DNA of 41,753 nt from the UHGV virus genome UHGV-0240563; one strand, 5' to 3'. This DNA is from a virus. The position numbers were made by a program, and so were the translations under genes. Positions 9,930-17,282 of this stretch are shown in pieces; the first letter of the stretch is position 1; every line of letters begins with the position of its first letter. Under the pieces are notes generated by a model that was given only the letters and a program-made list of their open reading frames with translations, searched no databases and was not told the DNA's origin.

Positions 9930-9956
9930 GCAGGGACAATATGGATGTGATATAAT
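9930..9956 (+). promoter_or_regulatory. Candidate promoter with extended -10 (TGaTATAAT) for the small peptide gene
   Basis: GGACAA about 17 nt upstream of TGATATAAT at 9947-9955. Confidence 0.3.
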
Positions 9957-10003
9957 GCTGATGTTACCGCCTCCTATACTGGTAAGGAAGGGAGGTGCTT
10001 ACT

Positions 10004-10090
10004 ATGGAATTTATTATATCCTTTATCGTCGCTGTCGCGGCTGGTGTGGTTTGCCACTACATCATCAAATGGTTGGACGGCGATAAATAA
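10004..10090 (+). CDS. 28-aa hydrophobic peptide, candidate Fst/Ldr-like type I toxin
   Basis: GGAGG at 9991-9995 is 8 nt from the ATG. Peptide MEFIISFIVAVAAGVVCHYIIKWLDGDK is one TM helix plus a charged tail. It has its own promoter and a bidirectional terminator. It was not in the ORF track because it is under 60 aa. Confidence 0.4.
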   Translation: MEFIISFIVAVAAGVVCHYIIKWLDGDK

Positions 10091-10140
10091 CCGGTAACCA
10101 GCCTGTGGGGTTAAGCCTTCCCACTCCAAAAATAGGAATA

Positions 10141-10217
10141 GAAAAACCCGAAGGTCTCGCACACCTCCGGGTTTTTTGTTGTCGCTCACTATGGAACAAC
10201 TATATCCTTTATTGCCT
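10141..10217 (-). ncRNA. Candidate antisense sRNA convergent to the small-peptide mRNA
   Basis: Minus-strand promoter TTGCAT (10252-10247), 17 nt spacer, TGcTATAAT (10232-10224). The transcript would end at the shared terminator and contains GTTCCATAGTGAG, complementary to the mRNA start-codon region CUUACUAUGGAAU. Confidence 0.25.
10145..10180. terminator. Bidirectional rho-independent terminator
   Basis: CCCGAAGGtctcgcacaCCTCCGGG hairpin flanked by AAAAA on the left and TTTTTTG on the right. Confidence 0.6.
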
Positions 10218-10324
10218 ACTGGCATTATAGCATATGCAATTCTGAAATGCAATATCCCTGAAAATCTTTTGATTCTATGTTTTTGGCAGTCACCCCTTAT
10301 ATAGGAAGAAATATCATAATATTC

Positions 10325-11470
10325 TTAGCTTTTTACCAATCGCAATATTGGTTTGCGCCGCTGATTGAAATCGTCAAAAAATTCATCTGGCAATCCACAG
10401 ATACATTTTAAATCATCAATAGATAATCCAGATGCATTGATAAATGCAGTTTTAGTAATTATCCTATTATCGATCAAAAGATAGACTGCGTCACGTATCA
10501 TTTCGGGTTCGGCAATTGTTAAAATATCATCTAACGGCTCTTTATGCCAATACTTTTTTGTGGTCATTTGTCGCTTTAAATAATTTATTTGATTTTCCGT
10601 TAGCAATTCAAGTGTCTCACAACGCTTAATAATGGTGGACATAGCACATCCCCATTTTTTTTTAACAGCCTCTAATGAAATTAGAGAGGTGCTTCGTATA
10701 TCTTTTGGGAATGATGTTGCCGGAAGTAAAAATGCTGCTGCAAATCGATCTGCCTGCATATCTGCTAGATCAACGATTTCTTTTTTAACAGAATCATCTT
10801 CTGCGATAGAACTATGCATTATAAGATGTCCTAATTCATGTAAGATGCTAAATCTAGTACGTACAGCACTCTTAGGAATCGAATGGTACAAAATATATGG
10901 TGTCCCATCTTTCCAACAAGAAAAAGCATCTATACCTTTGAAAGCACAGAAACTATTTGTGGCAAATTGTGTTACGATAACACCTTTATTTTCCAATAAT
11001 CCTATTAAATCATTGATCGGATCATCGTCTATATCCCAATCTTTGCGAATAGTTAGTGCTATTTCCTCAATATCTTCAAAGGATAAATCTTCGTAGTTCT
11101 TGTCGATTGTCGGAAGATCCCGTTCAATAAAATCAACATATTTCTCGAGTTGTTTTTTTATTTCGTCAGTCCACTTTATCTGATATTTGCATGCTGTTTT
11201 AACTTTTTTAGCAATATTAGATTTAGAGCGAAAAAATAATGGACTACTACCAGCATTGATTTTTGCTTCTGATTTATAAAAAAACTCTGTAGGAAACCCA
11301 AGACTATATGAAATGGCCTGTAGCATTTCCGGCGAAGGACGCACTATACCTCGTTCATATTTTGAAATAGATTGCCTTGTAACGCCAATGTCACTAGCTA
11401 AATCTTCCATAGATTTAGCACGAGCTTCCCGAGCTTCTGTTATGCGGGAAGATATAATTGTGCTAGTCAT
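10325..11470 (-). CDS. Fused HTH_XRE DNA-binding domain plus ImmA/IrrE (COG2856) zinc metallopeptidase
   Basis: N-terminus 'LASDIGVTRQSISKYERG' is an XRE helix-turn-helix. 'ILHELGHLIMH…ADRFAAAFLLP' is the ImmA/IrrE HExxH plus downstream Glu-Ala motif. Its start overlaps the stop of the upstream gene (ATGA). Confidence 0.75.
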   Translation of the reverse strand: MTSTIISSRITEAREARAKSMEDLASDIGVTRQSISKYERGIVRPSPEMLQAISYSLGFPTEFFYKSEAKINAGSSPLFFRSKSNIAKKVKTACKYQIKWTDEIKKQLEKYVDFIERDLPTIDKNYEDLSFEDIEEIALTIRKDWDIDDDPINDLIGLLENKGVIVTQFATNSFCAFKGIDAFSCWKDGTPYILYHSIPKSAVRTRFSILHELGHLIMHSSIAEDDSVKKEIVDLADMQADRFAAAFLLPATSFPKDIRSTSLISLEAVKKKWGCAMSTIIKRCETLELLTENQINYLKRQMTTKKYWHKEPLDDILTIAEPEMIRDAVYLLIDNRIITKTAFINASGLSIDDLKCICGLPDEFFDDFNQRRKPILRLVKS

Positions 11471-12096
11471 GAAATATTCTCCTCAATTCCATGCGCTAAG
11501 AACTCTTTCTTTAATACAGCTTTTTTTCGTTCAAATACTTTCATGTTTTCATTTTCAGTGGTTAGACTAATTTGAGGAAGGGGTAAACATTCTGCAATAC
11601 CAGTATATCCAGGTTCTGGAAACTGAACAACAGAAAACGTCTGATTGCGTCCTCCAAATGCTAAAATAGCATAATAAGGTTCATTGCTATAAGGAGGTGT
11701 TTCATCAAAGTCAATAACCATCTGTCTCTGTAATGCATGATTATTGTTTGATAGTCTGATCTTGTACTTTGAAGCATAAGGTAATAAATCAGGTGCTGAA
11801 CTACGTGCAACATGAAGGATTACATTTTTATTTCTGAGTTCTGGTATCAGTTGCTTGCATCGAAACTCACGTTGAATAAATTCAAACGGAAATTTCGGGT
11901 CATGGCTCTCAATCTCACATTGCATTTGCACTAGTTTTGTCCGTAACCGTCCTCTTGTGTCAGCAAAATAGGGGTGTCCCAACATTGGGCGTTGCGTTTC
12001 CATAAGCTCACGATAGGTTACATCGCCGACCTGCACGATTGATGCCAGTGTTTTAAGTTCACGAGAAGTAAAAATATCTTTAAACTGAGTAAGCAT
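11467..12096 (-). CDS. Hypothetical 209-aa protein, first gene of the operon with the HTH-ImmA fusion; candidate toxin/effector
   Basis: AGGAGG sits 4 nt before the second in-frame ATG at 12096 (the track ORF starts at 12120). No recognisable motif. AT-rich. Confidence 0.55.
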   Translation of the reverse strand: MLTQFKDIFTSRELKTLASIVQVGDVTYRELMETQRPMLGHPYFADTRGRLRTKLVQMQCEIESHDPKFPFEFIQREFRCKQLIPELRNKNVILHVARSSAPDLLPYASKYKIRLSNNNHALQRQMVIDFDETPPYSNEPYYAILAFGGRNQTFSVVQFPEPGYTGIAECLPLPQISLTTENENMKVFERKKAVLKKEFLAHGIEENIS

Positions 12097-12125
12097 ATGT
12101 CCTCCTATATTTTTAATCATGAGCC

Positions 12126-12154
12126 TATTTTACATTATTTATATATTTTTGTCA
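12126..12154 (-). promoter_or_regulatory. Candidate sigma-70 promoter for the 209-aa / HTH-ImmA operon
   Basis: Minus-strand TTGACA (12154-12149), 17 nt spacer, TAAAAT (12131-12126). Confidence 0.35.
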
Positions 12155-12208
12155 ACCGGAGTAAAATACACTATTAAATCAATATTTACGGAAATAAAGA
12201 AAGAAAAA

Positions 12209-12247
12209 AGCGGCTACCAAATAAAAGGCAGTCGCTTTTTTGGAAAA
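12209..12247. terminator. Terminator downstream of the integrase gene (bidirectional)
   Basis: AAGCGGCTaccaaataaaaggcAGTCGCTT hairpin flanked by an A-run and a T-run. Confidence 0.4.
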
Positions 12248-12435
12248 AATCCGCATATGAGTCGAAACTCAACATAACAAAAAATATAATAAAGCTTAAA
12301 TCCACGATGCATTTGCATCGACAATGTACTTAAAGTATAATACCTATCCTCGCAGACGTCAATGGTAAAATGATACTATATAATAGGAAGAAACCTCATA
12401 AGTTATAACATTCTGGCCCGCCGTATTGTAATAAC

Positions 12436-13914
12436 TTATGATGTGTAGTAAAAGAACGTAAAACTCCGGGTTTCCCGGTCAAATACTATCTTTTCGCAGA
12501 GAGACCGCAGAGCGTTGCCCTTAGTTTCGTTGTCTGCGGTCGGATCGGAAAGTACTTGATACACACAGGACACCTTTGCCATCATTTCAGCCTGATCCGG
12601 TGGAGCCGCCTCTGTTTGCTGGGCCTTTTGCCGGAGCTGATCCAGGGCGTTCTCCAGTTCCTTGCGTTCTGCGTTCAGGCGTAGTTTGTTCTGCTTATAT
12701 TCTTCCAGGGTATCTATTTCATTTTCATATGCCTCCCGGATGCGTCGCTCTTTCACCGTGATGCGTTCGAGGGCTTCTTTTATTGCAATTTCTTCCTCGC
12801 TTATGTCATTTTCGGTTTTTGGGATGTGTTCATATTCAAGGTGGTTATTTCTAAGGGCTTTCTCCAAAGACCGGAGCACGGTACGTTCTGCGATTCGGGC
12901 GGATACACAGCAGGAGCCAGGGTGGAAGCCTTTGGCGTATTTCCAGCACTGGAAGAAGTCCGGGCGCTTCTTCTGATCGTTGGAGCGGTTGAAGCCCAGG
13001 CTGCTACCGCAGACTCCGCAGAACAGCATCCCTGACAGCCAATGAGCGTTGGCGGAAGCTTCCCGGCGTTTTTTAGGGCGGTATTCAGAGGTTATACGCT
13101 TCTGAACATCGTCAAATACAGAGGTGACAGCTGGCCGGGTTTCGTGGGTTCCTTGAAAGGTGATTCCGTTCCATGAGACCTCTCCGGTGTAAAAATGATT
13201 GGTAAGGATTCTGTAGATGGCCCTGCGGTCGAAGAGATTCCCTCTTTGAGTGCGGTACCCTATGGTGTTTACAGATCTGGCAATACCGGTCATATCCCTG
13301 CCGCTGTGGTAGGCCTGAAATATATATTCCACGATGGAATAGGCATCCTCATCAATGAGGAAGGGTTTCCCATCGCCCACAGCCTTATATCCTAAGCATG
13401 GGGCGGTCTGGTAACCTTCACGCAGCGCCTTCTCCGTCATGCCCCTCTTGACCTCCCCGGAGAGGTTGAAGGAGTAGTATTCGTCAAACCACTCTATGAT
13501 GGTTTCAATCAGCCGCCCGAACATACCTTCCATGATGGGCTCTGATATGCTTTTGATCTCAATGCCGCATTTCTTTCGCAGGATGCCTTTGTAAAAGGTA
13601 CTTTCTTCCTGATTCCGGGCGAACCGGGAGAATTTCCAGAGGTACAGACGTTTGAATGGTGCAGGCTTCTGGGATTTGGCAATGGCAATCATGCGCTGGA
13701 ACTCCGGGCGGTTGTCTGCCTTGCGGCCGGAAATACCCTTTTTCTCCTCGAAAATGTATTCCTTGGGGATTACGAAGCCGTCTGCTTTGGCGGCATCCAG
13801 AATCATACGCAGCTGGGCATCCGGGGAGAGTTCTGTCTGGTCGTCGGTACTGACACGGATGTAGGCGGCCCCGATTTCCAAGGGTTGTGCATTGCTGGTG
13901 GATAATTGTGACAT
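12436..13914 (-). CDS. int: Large serine recombinase (phage integrase)
   Basis: N-terminal resolvase catalytic domain ('AAYIRVSTDDQ', 'FSRFARN'), recombinase domain, zinc ribbon (CGVCGSS…CWKY) and C-terminal coiled coil. AAGGAG RBS. Confidence 0.9.
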   Translation of the reverse strand: MSQLSTSNAQPLEIGAAYIRVSTDDQTELSPDAQLRMILDAAKADGFVIPKEYIFEEKKGISGRKADNRPEFQRMIAIAKSQKPAPFKRLYLWKFSRFARNQEESTFYKGILRKKCGIEIKSISEPIMEGMFGRLIETIIEWFDEYYSFNLSGEVKRGMTEKALREGYQTAPCLGYKAVGDGKPFLIDEDAYSIVEYIFQAYHSGRDMTGIARSVNTIGYRTQRGNLFDRRAIYRILTNHFYTGEVSWNGITFQGTHETRPAVTSVFDDVQKRITSEYRPKKRREASANAHWLSGMLFCGVCGSSLGFNRSNDQKKRPDFFQCWKYAKGFHPGSCCVSARIAERTVLRSLEKALRNNHLEYEHIPKTENDISEEEIAIKEALERITVKERRIREAYENEIDTLEEYKQNKLRLNAERKELENALDQLRQKAQQTEAAPPDQAEMMAKVSCVYQVLSDPTADNETKGNALRSLCEKIVFDRETRSFTFFYYTS

Positions 13915-14093
13915 TATATCATCTCCTTGTGGATTATACGATAAATGGGTATAAAAAATACACCCCTTGCCAGGATGTACCAGAAATGATATAATTCAGG
14001 TGTCTAAGCTGATATATCTTTCCGGAGTATCCGGCAAGAGAATCTATGTGAAAGCCGTTCCTGTTGGCGCAGGGGCGGTTTTTATTTTCTAAG

Positions 14094-14843
14094 TTATTCG
14101 TCTAATTCTGTATCTTCTTTGGTTATGCCTAATTTTTCCATATAGTCTTGTTCTCTTGCGTATTTTTCGCACATGGCAGCATACTGCAAAGCAGCTTCAT
14201 CTGAAATTTTAGATTCGGCTATATTTATTTTTTTTGAGTTGATATTTTCTGATGTTGTGGCATTTGCCATCTTCAAAAGTATATTTTTATCCCACAGAAT
14301 CACGTTAAGCTTGGAAGCATCGCTGATAGCCTGTTTAGTGAAATGACTGTTAGTCATAACAACGGCGATATCGGCATTGTATATTTTACATCCAGAGTAT
14401 GCCTCTTGTATAGCAGAGTTCCCAACAGAATTTATATAGCGTTTGCATTGAATGGCGTATTTCTTACCATTTTTATTAGCCAATATATCAATGCCATGAT
14501 CGCCACTGGCTTTTGTGATTTGTACATTTCTGAAGCCATTATTCCTTAAAATTATTGCACAGAAGTTTTCAAATTCTATACCAGTCATACTATCAAAATT
14601 AACGTTGGATAAACATTTACTTGAAAAATATTTTATTACAAAACCTATAACGGACGCAATAATTAAAAATAATGCTATAAATGCATAAGCACCTACCAGT
14701 AAAGTTCCAAGTATTAAGAACAAAGAACAGTATAGTATAGTTTTGAAAATTATACCAGCTCCACACCACTTGGATAAGATATGATATATTGGCTCAAACC
14801 ACCATCCTATAAGTAACCAATAAAAACAACCTTTCTTTTTCAT
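14094..14843 (-). CDS. Membrane-anchored Mrr_cat (PD-(D/E)xK restriction-endonuclease fold) protein
   Basis: Two to three N-terminal TM helices, then 'FENFCAIILRNNGF…GDHGIDILANKNGKKYAIQCKRY', the Mrr N-terminal catalytic-domain signature. Co-directional with and downstream of cI/immA. Confidence 0.7.
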   Translation of the reverse strand: MKKKGCFYWLLIGWWFEPIYHILSKWCGAGIIFKTILYCSLFLILGTLLVGAYAFIALFLIIASVIGFVIKYFSSKCLSNVNFDSMTGIEFENFCAIILRNNGFRNVQITKASGDHGIDILANKNGKKYAIQCKRYINSVGNSAIQEAYSGCKIYNADIAVVMTNSHFTKQAISDASKLNVILWDKNILLKMANATTSENINSKKINIAESKISDEAALQYAAMCEKYAREQDYMEKLGITKEDTELDE

Positions 14844-14856
14844 TATCCCTCCCCGC

Positions 14857-15306
14857 TTATTTCAATCTCAAATCAATTAACTCTTTTTGATAACCTAGAA
14901 CTCGCGCAACTTGCTCGATAGTATATTGTTGAAATTGAAAATATTCTATTAGAATATCATCGGGAATTAGGAAATCAATAGCAAATTTGTTGGCTTCCTG
15001 CTCTTTACGCGAATTAAGAAAGAGAGTTTTATGCTTTATGAAATAGCAGTTTTCACGAGGGTGAAGAATTGCATGACCTAATTCATGCGCCATGACAAAT
15101 AAGCGCTCATTTCCTTCAAGATTTTCATTTATCCAGATACATTTATTACGCTTTAGATACATATAGCATCCTGATCGCGTGCCGATATCACCAATCGCAA
15201 CTTCAATTCCGAGTGCCTCAGCTAAAGTAAAAGGATCGTTTGTCTGATATTTTTTTATGTAATAAGCAACTTTCTTTTTTATTGTGTTATTCAAGGCTGG
15301 ACTCAC
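14857..15306 (-). CDS. immA: ImmA/IrrE-family metallopeptidase (anti-repressor protease of the ImmR/ImmA type)
   Basis: 'FVMAHELGHAILH' HExxH motif. It is directly downstream of and abuts the XRE repressor gene. Confidence 0.8.
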   Translation of the reverse strand: MSPALNNTIKKKVAYYIKKYQTNDPFTLAEALGIEVAIGDIGTRSGCYMYLKRNKCIWINENLEGNERLFVMAHELGHAILHPRENCYFIKHKTLFLNSRKEQEANKFAIDFLIPDDILIEYFQFQQYTIEQVARVLGYQKELIDLRLK

Positions 15307-15762
15307 CTACTTTTTATTTTTGTTGCCATATTTTGCTTTGTTCTTTGCTTTTAATCTGTGCAACATAAGATCCACTTGGCCTAAAAAGAGTTCGATATCA
15401 TCATCAGGTATATCTTCTCCATCATATGCAGCAGGTCCTAAATCTTTATTGAGTAATTTTTCTCTTAGCGAATCAAGATCCTTTTTTATATCTCTTTCAT
15501 CTCGCACTGTTAATTCTGGCATCAATTTGTTGGATTCGTTTTCTCCCATAAGATAACTCACAGAAACATTAAAGTAATTTGCCAATTTTTGGACTTTTTC
15601 CATACTGGGTTTATTTGTATCGACTTTACATAAAGAACCTCTAGCAAAACCGAGAGCTTTTTCAGTTCCTGTAACAGTTACTCCTTTTTCTTTGCACAAC
15701 ATTTTAATTCTATTATACGTAAGCATAGTACACCTCTCAAAAAAGTTGAAAAAATTACGCAA
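15307..15762 (-). CDS. XRE-family HTH repressor (CI/ImmR-like) with C-terminal coiled region
   Basis: 'IKMLCKEKGVTVTGTEKALGFARGSLCKV' helix-turn-helix. Divergent from a cro-like gene. Confidence 0.8.
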   Translation of the reverse strand: MRNFFNFFERCTMLTYNRIKMLCKEKGVTVTGTEKALGFARGSLCKVDTNKPSMEKVQKLANYFNVSVSYLMGENESNKLMPELTVRDERDIKKDLDSLREKLLNKDLGPAAYDGEDIPDDDIELFLGQVDLMLHRLKAKNKAKYGNKNKK

Positions 15763-15920
15763 ATACTATTGACATATTGAAAATTTTACGTATAATAAAA
15801 GCATGAGTTGAAAAAAATACGTAAAAAAGCAAAATGCTTAAGTATTCTAATTGGTTTGTGGTAATTCTGATTATAGAATATTTTACGCAAAATGTCAATA
15901 TTATTACGTGATATTTTCAA
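15751..15920. promoter_or_regulatory. Genetic-switch region: divergent promoters and repeated operator half-sites
   Basis: Plus strand: TTGACA 15769-15774, 16 nt, TATAAT 15791-15796. Minus strand: TTGACA 15898-15893, 18 nt, TATAAT 15874-15869. Five related sites around the palindromic core TTTTACGTAAAA: 15752-15764, 15783-15796, 15816-15828, 15880-15893, 15904-15920. Confidence 0.5.
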
Positions 15921-16173
15921 ACTCGTATATGTGCCGTGTTGGAGTATGGTTGATAGTAGCAAAAGCGTATTACAGCTTCTTTTCTAAGTGGTAAGCCATT
16001 GGCATTTCACCAAAGCACCCGAAATAAGACATTGCGACTGTCTTACATCCGAGTTTACGCCACTGATCCGCTAAGTGGGCGGAATAGACGATTCTCTTTA
16101 TACTATCACCTCCTTTCGAGAGGCGATTCACGGCACATATCATTATTGTAACACAAAAGCAGGAGGTGAAGGA

Positions 16174-16374
16174 GTGATATTCGATAATGTAAGACATCTT
16201 TGTAGAGAGAAAGGGATTTCGATTACAAAGTTAGAAGATGATCTGGGGTTTGCGAGAAGTTCCGTGTGTAAATGGAACAAAAATGAACCTGGAATCCGCA
16301 AAGTACAAAAAGTGGCAAATTATCTGGGGGTTTCGATCGAGGAACTGCTGAAGGAGACTGAGGACGGGAGGTGA
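16174..16374 (+). CDS. Cro-like XRE HTH regulator (66 aa)
   Basis: AGGAGG at 16161-16166, GTG at 16174. 'VRHLCREKGISITKLEDDLGFARSSVCKW' helix-turn-helix. Confidence 0.65.
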   Translation: MIFDNVRHLCREKGISITKLEDDLGFARSSVCKWNKNEPGIRKVQKVANYLGVSIEELLKETEDGR

Positions 16375-16592
16375 GAGAGGTGGAAGAAAAAAATAAACCG
16401 CATATCACTATGGTTTGGATAGCAATAGCGGTTATATCAATTAATCAGGCTGTTGGGGCGTATCAAGATTTTCAGATTCACCAGCAGTTGCGGAATCAGA
16501 TTCAGATGCTACAGGAACAGCATTTGAATTTGTTGCAACACTTGAACATGAATCTGGAGACAACTTTGACTGAGATACTAAATAATCGTTGA
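16371..16592 (+). CDS. Small membrane protein (73 aa)
   Basis: GTG overlaps the cro stop. One TM helix (WIAIAVISI), then a Gln-rich tail. Confidence 0.35.
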   Translation: MREVEEKNKPHITMVWIAIAVISINQAVGAYQDFQIHQQLRNQIQMLQEQHLNLLQHLNMNLETTLTEILNNR

Positions 16593-16685
16593 GCGCAGAG
16601 CCTGTGAGTACAGTATAGGACAGAAGAAAAGACAATGCAAGATGTACAGCCCATACCGCATAAAATCAAAAAGGAGGTGGTTATA

Positions 16686-16847
16686 GTGAGGGAATACGGC
16701 TTCACGAATTACGTTGACATAGGCAGAACCGGGCAGAAGGTCCCCATGGATTCCCTCAGCCCGGAGGAACTTAAGAAGGTCGCATACGCCATGCAGGAAC
16801 AGGCAATGGCAGTGCTGCAAATGAGAAGGAAAGACAAGACCGCCTGA
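16686..16847 (+). CDS. Hypothetical early protein
   Basis: AGGAGGTGG RBS, GTG start. Confidence 0.3.
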   Translation: MREYGFTNYVDIGRTGQKVPMDSLSPEELKKVAYAMQEQAMAVLQMRRKDKTA

Positions 16848-16869
16848 GAGCGGTCGGAAAGGACAAGCA

Positions 16870-17091
16870 ATGCAATCAGAAGCAATTAAGTATCAGCCCC
16901 CAGTAGAGGGCGTTGTAGTGACTCAGGAGGAAGAGGAGCAGATCCTCAAGCTAGGCCGGATTGCCGGGGAGCAGATCAGGCAGAGCCATAAGGATGTGCG
17001 CCTGTTTGGCAGACTGTCTACGGTGATGGCGTTCCTTCTGGGGATGGAAACGGTGCTGCTGTTGGTGGCTTCCGGGATGATAACACTGTGA
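16870..17091 (+). CDS. Hypothetical early protein with C-terminal TM helix
   Basis: ORF with a weak RBS. Confidence 0.3.
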   Translation: MQSEAIKYQPPVEGVVVTQEEEEQILKLGRIAGEQIRQSHKDVRLFGRLSTVMAFLLGMETVLLLVASGMITL

Positions 17092-17106
17092 GAGGAGGTG
17101 AGGACG

Positions 17107-17238
17107 ATGGACAAGGATGCTTGCGGCACTTGCCATAATAAGAACCGGTGCATAGAACGGAGCAGGTTGTATCCGTGCCTGAGCTACAAGAAGAAAAAGG
17201 ACCTACACAGCGGCAACTGTGGTAGGCCCAGAAACTAA
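17107..17238 (+). CDS. 43-aa Cys-rich peptide (CGTCHNKNRC…C…C)
   Basis: GGAGGTGAGG RBS. Not in the ORF track (under 60 aa). Confidence 0.3.
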   Translation: MDKDACGTCHNKNRCIERSRLYPCLSYKKKKDLHSGNCGRPRN

Positions 17239-17282
17239 AACAACACACCCTTATTATAAGGGGAAATTTGGAGGAATGCAAG

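Noticed and set aside
9974-10252. 92-aa minus-strand ORF spanning the small-peptide gene and terminator
   Set aside because: It covers a strong bidirectional terminator hairpin and promoter elements. It is better explained as the antisense sRNA region.
13915-14093. Terminator-like hairpin CCGTTCCTGttggCGCAGGGGCGG followed by TTTTTATTTT at 14055-14090
   Set aside because: It is weak, with G·T wobbles and a mismatch, and no plus-strand gene ends there. It may still be a minus-strand Mrr-like/int boundary element, so it is noted only as an alternative attP or regulatory candidate.
15970-16197. 75-aa minus-strand ORF in the cro leader
   Set aside because: No RBS. It overlaps the cro RBS and start. 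The region is more likely a non-coding leader.
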